From: Candidatus Sumerlaeales bacterium
GTDB taxonomy: Bacteria > Sumerlaeota > Sumerlaeia > Sumerlaeales > Sumerlaeaceae
Assembly: GCA_038243585.1 (NCBI GenBank)
Contig: JBBSQY010000020.1
Coordinates: forward strand, 1 to 52,762
Length of the DNA stretch: 52,762 nucleotides
Direction of reading: 5' to 3'
The notes below the pieces were generated by a model. That model had not been told where the DNA came from and did no database searches. It saw nothing but the letters and a program-made list of their open reading frames with translations. Position 1 is the first letter of the stretch, and each line of letters starts with the position of its first letter. A program made the translations under genes and the position numbers. Below are positions 36,693 through 48,400 of this stretch, one piece after another.

Positions 36693-37975
36693 AGGTCTCG
36701 CGCCTGCGGCACCGCCAGCTTTTTCCCACCCTGCATCGCACTTTGGTGAGCGATGATGCCGGGGATGGCCATATCCAGGGCCAATTCCACATCCATTGCC
36801 GGCCTTTTCCCCTCCACCAGCGCCTGGATAAATGCGTGGGTCAAAAACGTATGTGAGCCATCATGGCCGCTGATATGCCGCAAAGGCTCCGGCAGTAGAT
36901 CAGTTTCCCACCACAGGGTCTGGTCATATTTTTCATAAGGCGAAAGCCGGCTGTCGTCACCGATGATGGTGGCTCCGGCCGCCTGTTCGGACCGACGAAT
37001 AACAGGTTCGCCACCGTTCGGGTCCGATGGAAAAAAGCTCATCCTGTCGCCCATCCAGATGGCGCGCTCCGCCACGCCGAGTGCGCCGCGCCAGTAGACC
37101 GCCGCCCGCAGAACGTTCCCGTTTTCCGTCTTAAACATCGCCGTTTCCCCCCAAAAAGGGTTATTGAACGGGTTGTCTTTCAGAATCGGAGAGTCATCCC
37201 CCCAGCCGTAACAGGTCACCTCCGTCAAACGCTCGCCAGTAACGCCGAGAAGTTGACCGGTGCAGTGCGTGGAGTAAAGCATCGGCGGCAATCCGTATCG
37301 CCAGGTTCGCTTCCCCGCATCATCTACAAAAAGTTTTTCCAGTCCGGGATGATGATACTCCGCCTCGCAGCAGAAGATGTTGCCGAATCGGCCCTCCTCG
37401 TACCACTTGCGTGCAGAAATCACCGGCTGATAAAAATAGCTGGTTTCCGCCATCATGTACGTAAGCCCACTGTTATTTACCGCATCCCGAAGGCGACGAG
37501 CTTCGTCCAGAGACATGGCCGCCGGTGACGCGCCCACGACATGCTTCCCTTTTTCAAGACAGGCGATGCAGTGGCGGACCGTATCTGTGGCACCAGTAAA
37601 AACGCCGATAGCATCCAGTTCTGGATCTTCGATCATTTCTTCGAGGGATGCATAGGCCCGTTCGCAGCCGTAAACTTCTTTCAGGTAATCGCGCCGCTCC
37701 GGGATTAAATCCGTTACGGCTGACACCACACACTGGGGATGCTCATGCCAGTAAAACTGCGCGCCGAAATTGCCGCCGGCTATACCAAGACGAACCGGCG
37801 CTTTTACCGGGCGCGAAGGCCGGGCGGAAGCAGGCGGAGACGGCCGAACAGCAGGAATGGCATTCCTTAAAGGGATAGCCGCCCCGACCGCAGCCAGCCC
37901 GCCAACTCGCAGGAAATCCCGGCGGCTGATCTCAAGGGTGTCCGATGCATCGAATTTGTCCGCTTCATCTTTCAC
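36689..37975 (-). CDS. Tat-exported Gfo/Idh/MocA family oxidoreductase
   Basis: SRRDFL twin-arginine signal, YMMAETS, LPPMLYSTH, GHDGSH; overlaps both neighbours. Confidence 0.88.
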   Translation of the reverse strand: MKDEADKFDASDTLEISRRDFLRVGGLAAVGAAIPLRNAIPAVRPSPPASARPSRPVKAPVRLGIAGGNFGAQFYWHEHPQCVVSAVTDLIPERRDYLKEVYGCERAYASLEEMIEDPELDAIGVFTGATDTVRHCIACLEKGKHVVGASPAAMSLDEARRLRDAVNNSGLTYMMAETSYFYQPVISARKWYEEGRFGNIFCCEAEYHHPGLEKLFVDDAGKRTWRYGLPPMLYSTHCTGQLLGVTGERLTEVTCYGWGDDSPILKDNPFNNPFWGETAMFKTENGNVLRAAVYWRGALGVAERAIWMGDRMSFFPSDPNGGEPVIRRSEQAAGATIIGDDSRLSPYEKYDQTLWWETDLLPEPLRHISGHDGSHTFLTHAFIQALVEGKRPAMDVELALDMAIPGIIAHQSAMQGGKKLAVPQARDL

Positions 37976-40407
37976 TAAGCGCGCGCCACCTCATCAAATC
38001 CAAACGTCATCGGCCAGCCGGCATACTGTTTTGCGTCCGGAGCAGCGGGATCTGCGTCCCAGCGCCAACATTCCAACTTATAGCTGCGCTTGTCCAAGTC
38101 TACATTTACTATGCCGTAGCCTTCCGCCTTTAAGTTTCTGTCGCCTATCGCCTGGCTGCGCCCCTTGATATGCTCGCGATACTCCGCAAAGGATATCGAC
38201 GGATTTGCTACGGCGAGGACTCTCATACGGTTTGAGTACGCATCCTGAAAATCGCCGGTGTTCGGCGTATCCCCCGCATTTGCAAGTGGCGTTGCTGGCT
38301 CAAACCATCGAGTCCAGGACGTTGACCCTGCTGGTCCGGAAAAGGTAATAGGGCCATCAGTAAAGGTTTCATCTCCCAGGCGTATCACAGAACCCAGATG
38401 TTGATCTCCGGAGAGAACCAGCACATTGGCCTCGCGAAGCAGCCGAACGGCATGAGTCCGGGCCAGGGGCGGGTATCCGTTAGAATCAACATCAGTAAAC
38501 GGCAGGCCTTCCGGGCTGGTTTGGGCGCAGGCCAGCACCGTCGCCGTCAAACAGATCCGAGCCTCGGCGTCTTTAACCTTTGCCCCCCATTCGGCGATAA
38601 ACTTCTCCTGCCTGTCACCCAGCAGCTCTGACACATGAGCATTCAGGCTGGCACCCTCAACAGGTCCCGTTTTAAATTTGCGATCTTCAAGCAGGCAAAA
38701 TTCCGCGCCCCCATAGGAAAAGGCGCAATAATAGACACCAATCCCCTGCTTAACCGGCGTTGGGTCCCAAGGATCGGGATTGTGTCCGCACTGGGTTTGC
38801 TGCACCATGTTCACCCACTCCGCCGCCTTCACATAACCACCCAGATCTTGATTTTTTTCCGGCGCCGGTCTGCCGCTGGTGCCCCAAAGGTTGCCTTGGT
38901 AAACGTCATGATCGTCCACTAAGACGAGCGTAGGTCGATCGCGGGTTAGTTCCCGATGCGACCACAACCATAGGTAATATTTATACAAATAATCGAGCAA
39001 CGGTGCATCGTCCATTGCCTTTGGGGTCGGACTTGATTCATAAAATTGATCGCCGGCAAATACCAGCATATCCGCATTATGATGATGAGCGGCTTTAACA
39101 GTTTCCGCGTAGGGGAAATAGATGTTATCCCCTGTGTAGCGGCCAAGGTGCCTCGACTGCGGCAGCTTTCGAAGCCCGACGGAACCACCATCCAAGTCCC
39201 TCGAAGTCGCGGTGGTACAGCTGTGAAGCCCGATCGAGAACTGGCGTCTGCCGTGACGCGGATCGCGCCGTATGATTCCGTCGTAGTTAGCAGCACGCCC
39301 ATTACCGGTGCCGTCCTCCGCATACGCAACTCTGTATTGCCAATCTTGAGTATCGTCCCAGTTTTCCACGCGGAATGTTGCGCAGAAACCGGAACCCAAT
39401 TTTTGGCTGGCGAGCGTCCGCCACTCAGCTGCATCGTCTGCCCGTACGAGAAGTGTGGCTTCCTGGGGGTCGGTCGGTGCTACAGGCATCAGCTGCGCAG
39501 AAAGCTTCATTACAGGACCGTTGAGTGAAAACAACGTTCCTAAAACAGGCCCTAGCGCCCGCTCCGGTTGGGGCGTAATTTTTTCGCCAGTCGTGTCAAT
39601 GTCGCGAAACCAATATCGCGCTCCATCCGGGCCAGAGGTAGATGCGGACACCAGCATTACACCGCCTGTCAGTGCCGCGTCAGAAATACCCGGGAGAGTT
39701 GAGGTTGAGACAACAACCCCGTTTTCTTCCGCTTTTAATGTTAAAGTGAAAGTTCCCCCTACAGCGTCAGGCATTATATCCAGTACGAGGTTCACTTCGC
39801 CACCACCATATGTCGCCTGACCGGCGGCAGTCTTCGAGGGGATTTCTCCGTAAAGAAAAGGCTGATCCTCATCGCTATGTTCGCGAAACGAGGTGCGCCC
39901 TTCCGTGTCGATTACACAAAGCATGCCGCCATTTTCACCCGATGATTTTTGCACGAGCGCCGCCGCACGATAGTCCAGTTTGCCGGCGCCTGCACCAATC
40001 AGGAAGCCTCCGAATCCTTTTCCTTTTGGAGAAATGCGTCCGATTGTTGCGCGGATACTTCCTGCGGTTTTCCCCAAAGCCATCTCCCTGGTTAGCAGCG
40101 AAACTGTGCGCAAGTCAGGACCTTTTACATCGCAGACACATTCGATACGTCCATCCGACAGGCGCCAATCCTGCAACCGGTTTCCCCAAAAATCCCTGCC
40201 AAGCCAGTGGCATTGCGCACCAGAGCGTAACATTTTCAGGGTGTCCGCGTCAACCGTCCGCTCGTTTAGCCCCGAAGCGGATTTCTCAGCAACAGATACC
40301 GTGTCAGACGTCGTAACGGAATAGACACCGGACACCTGTTGCAAAACGGCCCCCGTGACAGCAAGTTTTAGAAAATCACGACGATCGAGCGACTGTTTTT
40401 TGCTCAT
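37975..40407 (-). CDS. Tat-exported PhoD-like (alkaline phosphatase D family) metallophosphoesterase
   Basis: DRRDFLK signal, GDQFYE, DDHDVYQGNLWG, EDRKFK, SGDQH. Confidence 0.85.
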   Translation of the reverse strand: MSKKQSLDRRDFLKLAVTGAVLQQVSGVYSVTTSDTVSVAEKSASGLNERTVDADTLKMLRSGAQCHWLGRDFWGNRLQDWRLSDGRIECVCDVKGPDLRTVSLLTREMALGKTAGSIRATIGRISPKGKGFGGFLIGAGAGKLDYRAAALVQKSSGENGGMLCVIDTEGRTSFREHSDEDQPFLYGEIPSKTAAGQATYGGGEVNLVLDIMPDAVGGTFTLTLKAEENGVVVSTSTLPGISDAALTGGVMLVSASTSGPDGARYWFRDIDTTGEKITPQPERALGPVLGTLFSLNGPVMKLSAQLMPVAPTDPQEATLLVRADDAAEWRTLASQKLGSGFCATFRVENWDDTQDWQYRVAYAEDGTGNGRAANYDGIIRRDPRHGRRQFSIGLHSCTTATSRDLDGGSVGLRKLPQSRHLGRYTGDNIYFPYAETVKAAHHHNADMLVFAGDQFYESSPTPKAMDDAPLLDYLYKYYLWLWSHRELTRDRPTLVLVDDHDVYQGNLWGTSGRPAPEKNQDLGGYVKAAEWVNMVQQTQCGHNPDPWDPTPVKQGIGVYYCAFSYGGAEFCLLEDRKFKTGPVEGASLNAHVSELLGDRQEKFIAEWGAKVKDAEARICLTATVLACAQTSPEGLPFTDVDSNGYPPLARTHAVRLLREANVLVLSGDQHLGSVIRLGDETFTDGPITFSGPAGSTSWTRWFEPATPLANAGDTPNTGDFQDAYSNRMRVLAVANPSISFAEYREHIKGRSQAIGDRNLKAEGYGIVNVDLDKRSYKLECWRWDADPAAPDAKQYAGWPMTFGFDEVARA

Positions 40408-40461
40408 GGGGTGGCCTTTCAATGCAAATTGCAGCTAGAGATGACAATTGAAGCCCGCAAC

Positions 40462-40496
40462 AAGTAGGATAGAGACATTCGGTGTCTGTCCTACTT
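40462..40496. repeat. GTAG-ended hairpin (REP-like or attenuator)
   Basis: AAGTAGGA…AGACA-ttcgg-TGTCT…TCCTACTT between the sulfatase and PhoD-like genes. Confidence 0.6.
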
Positions 40497-40577
40497 CTAT
40501 ATCGTGGGCGTTAGTAATGCAAAGCCTGATGCGGATGCTGTTTCTCAAATAAAAAGCAAGTTAACTTACAAGGCACA

Positions 40578-42026
40578 TCAGTCGTCCGACTCATCATCGC
40601 CGGCCTGCTTCTTATTCTTATTGCTCCGGCCAAGCTTTTCAAATGGACCCTTCATCTCCCAGTTGTCACCGGTATCGGCCATCCACTTATCCAGGATGCG
40701 CTCCAGTTCCTTCACCTGCGGCTGCACGCCCGAGTTTGCATACAGGTTTTTCGTTTCTTCGGGATCGTTGTGCGTGTCATAAAATTCGGGTTGCTTCCCC
40801 GTGCTTTTATGCCAGACAATCAGCTTAGTGCCGGTTGTGCGCACCGCACGATACGATATGCCGGGAAACTTGGAGTTCTCGTAATCCGGAGCTGTCGAGA
40901 CCGACCACGTCGTTCCGTGAACCTGCCCGTCCGTCAGCACCGCAGACAGATCCCGTCCATGCCATTCCTTTGGCACATCGCCGCCAGCCAGTTTAACAAA
41001 AGTAGGCGGCAAGTCCAGACTTGAGGCCACAGCCTCGGTAACGCCTTTTCCTTTAAATACGCCCGGTCCCCAAACCATTAACGGTACCCGGATAGAATCC
41101 TCATAGGGCACAGCTTTGCCCTGCAGGCCGCGATTGCCCATCATAAATCCGTTGTCGCCGAGAAAAACGACCACCGTGTTCGACGACTGCCCCGTCTCAT
41201 CCAGCGTTTCCATCACATGACCCAGTTCAATATCCACTGAGGTGATGGCGGCGACATAATCAACCCATTGCCTGTCCGCGCTAGTTCCCTTTTCGCCTTG
41301 GTAAGTCGGCGGCAACACATCAGTAAACTTCTTGCCTTCATAGGGTTTGGTCGCCCTTTCAGGATTAGGCTTAAATGGGCCGTGAGGGGCCGTCATTGAA
41401 AGCCACAGGAACAACGGCTGTGTGGATTTTTTGTCAGCGTGTGCATTTAATATGGCCCTGGCCGATTTGCCAAAAGCTTCCTGGGTGAATTCCTGGCATC
41501 TCTCTGTTTCCCTGGTCTCGCCTTCGGCAAGCTTCGCGCCCTTATATGAGCCAGCCCCCGCTGGCATCCATGTGCCGGTTTGCTGAAAGCCCGTTTTCCA
41601 AGGGTCGACTTTTAAATGCCATTTACCCACCATCGCCGTCGCGTAACCTTGCGCAGCCAGAACTTCCGGCAAACAATTATAGTTGGCAAATCCATCGCCG
41701 TTCAGGATGTTGGCACGAGCGGTTTGGTTAGAGTAACGCCCGTTCGTGTGACTCGACAATCCAGTCAGCAAGGCTGCCCGCGATGGCATACACTGCGGAT
41801 TATGAATCGTAGCCTCTTTAAAATAAACACCTTCTCGGGCCAGCCTGTCCATGTTCGGCGTGCTGATGTTCGGATTGCCCGCCGCGCCGATACAGTCCCA
41901 CCTGTGGTCATCGGAAATCAGGAAGATAATATTAGGCCTGATCGCGTCCTGGGCATGGGAAAGCCCTGGGTAAAACAGCGCGAGACAGGGAAGCAAACGG
42001 GGAAGCAGCTTCGTAGTCTTTATCAT
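40578..42026 (-). CDS. exported formylglycine-dependent sulfatase (S1)
   Basis: PNIIFLISDDHR, CMPSRAALLTG (CxPxR), GKWHL, APHGP, GDNG; start set at ATG 42026. Confidence 0.93.
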   Translation of the reverse strand: MIKTTKLLPRLLPCLALFYPGLSHAQDAIRPNIIFLISDDHRWDCIGAAGNPNISTPNMDRLAREGVYFKEATIHNPQCMPSRAALLTGLSSHTNGRYSNQTARANILNGDGFANYNCLPEVLAAQGYATAMVGKWHLKVDPWKTGFQQTGTWMPAGAGSYKGAKLAEGETRETERCQEFTQEAFGKSARAILNAHADKKSTQPLFLWLSMTAPHGPFKPNPERATKPYEGKKFTDVLPPTYQGEKGTSADRQWVDYVAAITSVDIELGHVMETLDETGQSSNTVVVFLGDNGFMMGNRGLQGKAVPYEDSIRVPLMVWGPGVFKGKGVTEAVASSLDLPPTFVKLAGGDVPKEWHGRDLSAVLTDGQVHGTTWSVSTAPDYENSKFPGISYRAVRTTGTKLIVWHKSTGKQPEFYDTHNDPEETKNLYANSGVQPQVKELERILDKWMADTGDNWEMKGPFEKLGRSNKNKKQAGDDESDD

Positions 42027-42180
42027 AATATTAGATGCGTAACGCCGCAATTTTTCCACTGCAACAGGAAAGTGTTTATTGGCTGACCGGAATGTGGCGA
42101 AGCCGTTTGACTTGACTCCCACAGCGGCGCATTTGAAGTACTGGTTATATCTAAAATTATCGATCCGACGGGAACTCACA

Positions 42181-45100
42181 ATGCGCCCTATGAACCTCGC
42201 AACCCGATTTGTCTGCCTGTTTCTTCTGACAGGCGGTATGTTTGCCGATCATTGTGCCCATGGCGCCAGTACCTCCAATCCATCCATTACAGAAGTCCTC
42301 GCCGGATTTAAAAACCCGCCTGCATCTGCGCGTCCGGGTGTCTACTGGTACTTTATGGACGGGAACCTGTCTCGTGATGGAATCACTTCCGACCTCGAAT
42401 CCATGCGCGAAGTCGGCATCGGCCACGTGGTGTTCCTTGAGGTAAAGGTTGGCGTGCCGCGTGGGAAGGTAGATATGCTTAGCCCCCAGTGGCAGGATAT
42501 GTTTAAGCACGCACTGCGCGAGTGCGAACGATTGGACATTGAAATGACTCTTGGAATCGGTCCCGGATGGGCGGGCAGCGGAGGCCCATGGGTGGCGCCG
42601 GAACAGAGCATGCAGCACCTGGTCTCGACCTCCACCGTCGTCACCGGCCCCGGCACAAAAGCCATTACACTTCCCAGACCTGTGCCAAAGCCACCGTATT
42701 TCGGTGAAGGGGTTTTTACACCGGAGCTAAAGAACCAGTGGTCAGCCTATTATCAGGACGTCACCGTGCTGGCTTACCCAACCCCAACAACCACGACTCA
42801 GATTGCTGAAATTGACGAAAAAGCCCTTTATTACCGCGCCCCTTATACATCTGCAAAAGGGGTAAAGCCATATCTGGCTGCGCCGGCCGCCTATCCCGAT
42901 GTTCCCGCGGGGGCCGTAATCCCGAAAAGCAGGATTGTCGATCTCACGTCGCGCCTCCAGCCTGATGGCACCATCACTTGGGACGTTCCTCCCGGCGACT
43001 GGACCATTGCCCGCTTTGGTGCCCGCAACAACGGAGCCATTACCCGCCCCGCTCCCATGCCCGGTCTTGGCTTCGAGGCGGATAAATTCAGCACCGCCCC
43101 TATGGCCTTTCATCTGGATCAGTACGTGGGAAAACTGCTCCGTCATGTTGGGGAGCTCAACCTTAAATCCACCGGTGGGCTGAAAGCTCTCCACATCGAC
43201 AGCTGGGAAATGGGCGCTCAAAACTGGACGCCTGGCCTGCGGGAAGAGTTTACGAAGCGGCGTGGATATGACCCTCAGCCGTATTATCCGGTTTATATTG
43301 GCATGGTGGTAGACAGCCTGGAAATCAGCGAGCGTTTCCTGTGGGACTTGCGCCTCACCAGCCAGGAGCTAATCATAGAGTACCATGCTGGTTTTGTAAA
43401 AGAGTATGCCCACAAGCACGGTCTCAAACTTTCTATCGAACCGTACGATATGAACCCCACTGCCGATCTGGAATTGGGCGCCGTGGCAGATATCCCCATG
43501 TGCGAATTTTGGAGCAAAGGGTTCGGCTTTAACTCCGCGTTCAGTTGTCTGGAAGCTGTCTCCATCGCCCATGTCAATGGTGCCCCGATCGTTCAGGCGG
43601 AAGCCTTCACCGGCGATCCTGATGAAGCCTGGAAGCAGTACCCGGGTAGCATGAAGAATCAGGGCGATTGGGCTTTCGCCGCCGGCATCAATCGGTTTTT
43701 CTACCACACCTTTCAGCATCAGCCGCTGGACGCGACTCTTAAACCCGGCATGGCCATGGGCCCCTACGGCGTGCATTGGGATCGCAACCAGACTTTCTGG
43801 CCGATGGTAGATGCCTACCACCAATACATCGCCCGCTGCCAGCACGTGCTGCAGCAGGGGCGTACGATGGCGGATATTCTGTATCTAACCCCGGAAGGCG
43901 CGCCCCATGTATTCACGCCACCCGCCTCAGCCATGACAGGAGACGAAGTGCTGCCGGATCGCAAAGGCTTCAACTTCGACGGGTGCGCGCCAAGCCAGTT
44001 TTACAAGGCCAGCGTGAACGCGGGGCGGGTCGTATTTCCCGGTGGGGCATCGTACCGGATAGTGGTATTGCCAAATGCGGAAACAATGACACCGGAACTA
44101 ATGAAAAAGATTGAATCACTGGTCAATGCGGGTGCGACAGTGGTCGGAACTCTGCCGACAAAATCCCCAAGCCTGACCGGGTACCCCGAATGCGACAAAC
44201 AAGTGGAAGCCATCGCGTCAGGATTGCAGGGCAAACTCCATCACGTCAGGACCGCCGCGGCCGGCGAACTTTATCCGGACTACGATGCGACCGCAGAGCT
44301 TCTGAAAACCCTGGGAGACACGGAAGACTTTGTCAGCTCCGCGCCTATTCGGTATACGCATAAGACCTCTGCGGACTGGGACATCTATTTTGTCTCAAAT
44401 CGCACCACCGAATCGCTGCATGCGGATTGCGCATTTCGCGGGGTGACCGGGACGCCTGAACTGTGGCATCCGGTAACAGGTGTTTCTCAGAAACTATCAG
44501 CGTTTGTGCCGGGTGAAAAGCAGACAACGGTTCTGTTAAAGTTTAAGCCTCATGAAAGCTATTTCGTGGTCTTCCCAAAAACCCCGTCGGCCGATTCCGG
44601 ACCGAGTCTCAACATAGCGACTAAGAAATTCTCCGAAAGTAAAGAGGTGGCGAAACTCACCGGTCCGTGGACCGTAGCTTTTGATCCGGAATGGGGCGGC
44701 CCGGAGGAAGCACCCTTTGAAAATTTGACGGACTGGTCCACTCATCAAGAACCGGGAATCAAATACTATTCCGGCATAGCCACCTACCGCAAAAGCTTCG
44801 ATGCTCCTGATACACTAACCTCCGAATCCCGGGTGCAACTTGACCTGGGCGATGTCCAAAACCTCGCGAAGGTTCGCCTGAACGGTGAAGACCTGGGCGT
44901 CTTGTGGACCGCCCCCTGGCAAGTAGACATAACCACCGCCGTCAAATCAGGCACTAACCAACTGGAGATCGAAGTCGTAAACCTATGGCCCAACCGTCTC
45001 ATTGGAGATGAACAACTCCCCTACGACGGCCCGGAAAACAGCCAGTGGCCCGAGTGGATAACAGAAAACAAACCCCGACCCACACAACGCCAGGCGTTCA

Positions 45101-45186
45101 CCACATATCAGCACTATAAAAAAGACTCCCCCCTACTAAAATCCGGCCTGATCGGGCCAGTGACGCTGCAAAGGGTAGTGGAATAG
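42181..45186 (+). CDS. exported GH106-type glycoside hydrolase (alpha-L-rhamnosidase family)
   Basis: ARPGVYWYFMDGN, PGWAGSGGPW, HIDSWE, PMCEFW, AEAFT, NLWPNRLIGD, SGLIGPV; start set at ATG 42181. Confidence 0.88.
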   Translation: MRPMNLATRFVCLFLLTGGMFADHCAHGASTSNPSITEVLAGFKNPPASARPGVYWYFMDGNLSRDGITSDLESMREVGIGHVVFLEVKVGVPRGKVDMLSPQWQDMFKHALRECERLDIEMTLGIGPGWAGSGGPWVAPEQSMQHLVSTSTVVTGPGTKAITLPRPVPKPPYFGEGVFTPELKNQWSAYYQDVTVLAYPTPTTTTQIAEIDEKALYYRAPYTSAKGVKPYLAAPAAYPDVPAGAVIPKSRIVDLTSRLQPDGTITWDVPPGDWTIARFGARNNGAITRPAPMPGLGFEADKFSTAPMAFHLDQYVGKLLRHVGELNLKSTGGLKALHIDSWEMGAQNWTPGLREEFTKRRGYDPQPYYPVYIGMVVDSLEISERFLWDLRLTSQELIIEYHAGFVKEYAHKHGLKLSIEPYDMNPTADLELGAVADIPMCEFWSKGFGFNSAFSCLEAVSIAHVNGAPIVQAEAFTGDPDEAWKQYPGSMKNQGDWAFAAGINRFFYHTFQHQPLDATLKPGMAMGPYGVHWDRNQTFWPMVDAYHQYIARCQHVLQQGRTMADILYLTPEGAPHVFTPPASAMTGDEVLPDRKGFNFDGCAPSQFYKASVNAGRVVFPGGASYRIVVLPNAETMTPELMKKIESLVNAGATVVGTLPTKSPSLTGYPECDKQVEAIASGLQGKLHHVRTAAAGELYPDYDATAELLKTLGDTEDFVSSAPIRYTHKTSADWDIYFVSNRTTESLHADCAFRGVTGTPELWHPVTGVSQKLSAFVPGEKQTTVLLKFKPHESYFVVFPKTPSADSGPSLNIATKKFSESKEVAKLTGPWTVAFDPEWGGPEEAPFENLTDWSTHQEPGIKYYSGIATYRKSFDAPDTLTSESRVQLDLGDVQNLAKVRLNGEDLGVLWTAPWQVDITTAVKSGTNQLEIEVVNLWPNRLIGDEQLPYDGPENSQWPEWITENKPRPTQRQAFTTYQHYKKDSPLLKSGLIGPVTLQRVVE

Positions 45187-45433
45187 CAATATTTGACATT
45201 GCCTTGTTAGTCATCTCTACTGCGCTTCTTTCTTTTGCTTTCGTCGCGCTTTTGTGTCAAAATTCGTTGCCTTAATTAGCACTTTAGAAGCTGCAAGCCA
45301 CCTTCCAAATTTACCAGCCAGTGTGCGTGCGCGCTTAGTTAAACAAAGCAAACAAACCCCTTGCGTTCCCGGATTGCTCTCCCCATAACGTTAAGATTGT
45401 TCTCATCTATCGCTTAAGGCCAGTTTATATCCC

Positions 45434-48400
45434 ATGCGTTTCTCCCAATTTGCTCTTCTCGCTTTCACCGCACTCACTGCCACCGTAATCGGCCAAGAAT
45501 TCGACCCCATCCAACAGCTCACCATGCCCGGTGGCCGGGTGCGCCATGCTTATGATCCGTTTGCCGCACCGCAGGTGTCGGCGCTGCCGGGGGTGAGGGG
45601 TAAGGCGAATCCGGGGGGGGCGGCAAAGTCGCCAGAAGTCGACTGGCAGTCGGTAACGACTGCCAGTGTGCGTGCACACGGAGCCATTGCCAGCGGCGTG
45701 GGCGCACGCGGCGCAGTAACCGCCCACGAGCCTCAGGTTTTGCGGGCGAGCGACAGCGGCGATTTTGTGGCAGGCGAACTTATTGTTAAGCTGAAAGACG
45801 GCGTGACAGTGAATTCGCCGGGCGCGGCCCGCGGAGTTTCGACGACAAACCCGGCGCTGGACGCAATTTTGCAGCGGGCCGGAAGCACGCAGTTTGAACC
45901 AGTGTTCAAAAACCCAAAGCGCCCGGCCAGGGGTGCGCGCTCTGTCGCCACCGGAAGGCCGGAGCCGGACCTGACACGCTGGTATAAGCTTTCCGGCATT
46001 GACGCCGCCACCCCAATGACTTCACTGACGGAAGAACTGGATTCCAATCCCGACGTCGCATGGTATGAGCCGAACTATATCCGGCGGCCAGCAGTGAATG
46101 ACCTGCCGACAACGGTGACGGATCCTAAAATGGCTGATCAGTGGCACCTGCAGGCGACACAAGTTCCAGAGGCTTGGGCATACCTCAAAAGCAAAGGATT
46201 GAACCCTGGCGGCTCGCCGGACGTGGTGGTCGCGGTCATTGATACCGGCATTGATTATAATCACCCCGACCTCTCCGCGAACATATGGACAAACTCTGGC
46301 GAAATCCCTGCCAACGGCATCGACGACGACAACAACGGCTACACCGACGACGTCCACGGGATTAATGCCGTCGCCAATACCGGCAATCCAATAGACGACC
46401 ACGGACACGGCACTCATGTAGCGGGAATCATTGCCGCACAGGCCGGCAACAACGAGGGCGGTGTGGGTGTCGCCTACAACAGTCGTGTAATGTCCATTAA
46501 AGCTGCGCGAAATAGTGGCATTTTAACCGTGAGTGATATAGTTGAAGGCATAAACTACGCGGTGGCTCAGGGAGTTGATGTAATCAATATGTCCTATGGC
46601 GGCTACTCGCGTTCACAACTTGAAGAGGATACATTGGCGTTCGCTTCGGATTATGCAGTATTGGTAGGAGCCGCCGGCAATGATGGAAAACCAAACATGT
46701 CTGGCTGCGTAGGCGGCGCCGATATGTTTCCCGCCGCGTACAGCGTGGTTTTGGGCGTAATGGCTGAGACAGAGACCGGTGAACTTGCGCCGTTTTCCAA
46801 TTTTGATTGTATCCCGAGCGATGCGCATGAGTATGAGGTTATGGCGCCTGGTATAGATATCGTCAGCACACTCCCCGGCGGACAGTACGCGAGCTGGGAT
46901 GGAACATCCATGGCTGCGCCGGTTGTATCTGGAATAGCTGCGTTGGTGCGTTCTCAGTACCCCGATAAAGATGCGTACCCAGCGTCGTTTATCTCCGGAC
47001 AAATCGCATCAACCAGCGAACTTAATGGCCTCTACAAATCCGTAGACGCAAACACGGCAATGACTTCGTCTCCGAAACCCCGACTGGAATACGCCGGGCA
47101 CTATATCATGGACAAGCCATCGCTGAGTCCAATAAATGACAACGACGGCATAGTGGACGCTGGCGAAACCGTTGACGTGGCGCTTGTACTGCGCAACCAT
47201 TGGGGCACAGCGGAAAATGTCAACGTAAATGTCCGGGCATGGGATGGCGTTTCCGCCGCCGACGACCCGTATGCAACCATCGCTATCGGCGATATTAACT
47301 ATGGCACGATCGATAGTTTCGATTATGCTGATAATGGCATTGTGACTGATGCTCAAGGCGTCATTACGGATATTACTCAGCCATTTCGGATCACGCTGGA
47401 CCCAACCACGCCAAACGACTACGTTCTTCCACTACACATTACAATGACCAGCGAGAATGGGTTGGATACAGCAGATACTGAAATGCACATCGGTACGGGT
47501 TCGTTTGACTTCGTCGTCCAGCGAGGGCGGGAACTGCCGCAGATTATTGATGTGTCTACGACGCTGACAAAAGACTATTTTTGGAAAGTTTCACAGCCGA
47601 CGCTTGTGAAGTCCGGGGTGACATTATCTATGACATCAGGAACACAGGTGAGCTTCAAATCAACAATTCGAGTCGAGGAAGGTGCACGTATAGTAGTGCA
47701 AGGAGCAGAGGAAAATCCTGTTGATTTTCTTGAAAATGTATACATTCAGAACAATGGCGTTTTAGACCTATTATACGCAAGATTGCATAGGGCAAGTATC
47801 CAATACGACTATAGTAGGCCAGATACTTCTGAACTATATGTGGACCATGGATTATTTTATGCTGACGGCGAACAGACCCTGCGCATAGAGCCGACTACAT
47901 TCAACCACTCCATAGTCAGCGGTACGGCAGGCGATAACATAGCCTACTATTTAAAAGATGCAAATGTGTTTCTGTTTAGTTCCAAGTTGCACTACTATTA
48001 TCTATACAATTCGCTAAGCACCACTTATGTTGATGGCACAGCACTGCTCAACGGGGTATTTTTATCATCGTTTAAGACTGAGTTTGACGTTCGCGGGAAT
48101 CAATTAAGTGGCAATGCATTTCTGCCTTTTTACAGTTATGAAAGACCAGTACTAACCATCGATTCTCCTAATAGTGTCGCGGGTAATTACTGGGGCACAA
48201 CTTCAACAGAACAAATACTGTCGAAGGTGTCAGGTCTCACCGATGAATTTGGGCAACAGAAGCTGACATTTCAGCCCATTTTAGATATCCCATCTTCAGC
48301 AACTTTTCCGTTTGCTTACAGTGTGGATATCTCCACAGAATCAAGTGCAAATGCGAGTCAAGTGGGGTCGGAAATTACAACGTTCACTATTAAGTATAAC

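Noticed and set aside
42027..42180. Apparent overlap of the sulfatase and GH106 ORFs
   Set aside because: Artefact of longest-ORF starts; signal peptides place the starts at 42026 and 42181.
45317..45675. 14-bp direct repeat GCCAGTGTGCGTGC at 45317 and 45662
   Set aside because: Short, one copy is inside coding sequence, and it is compatible with chance.
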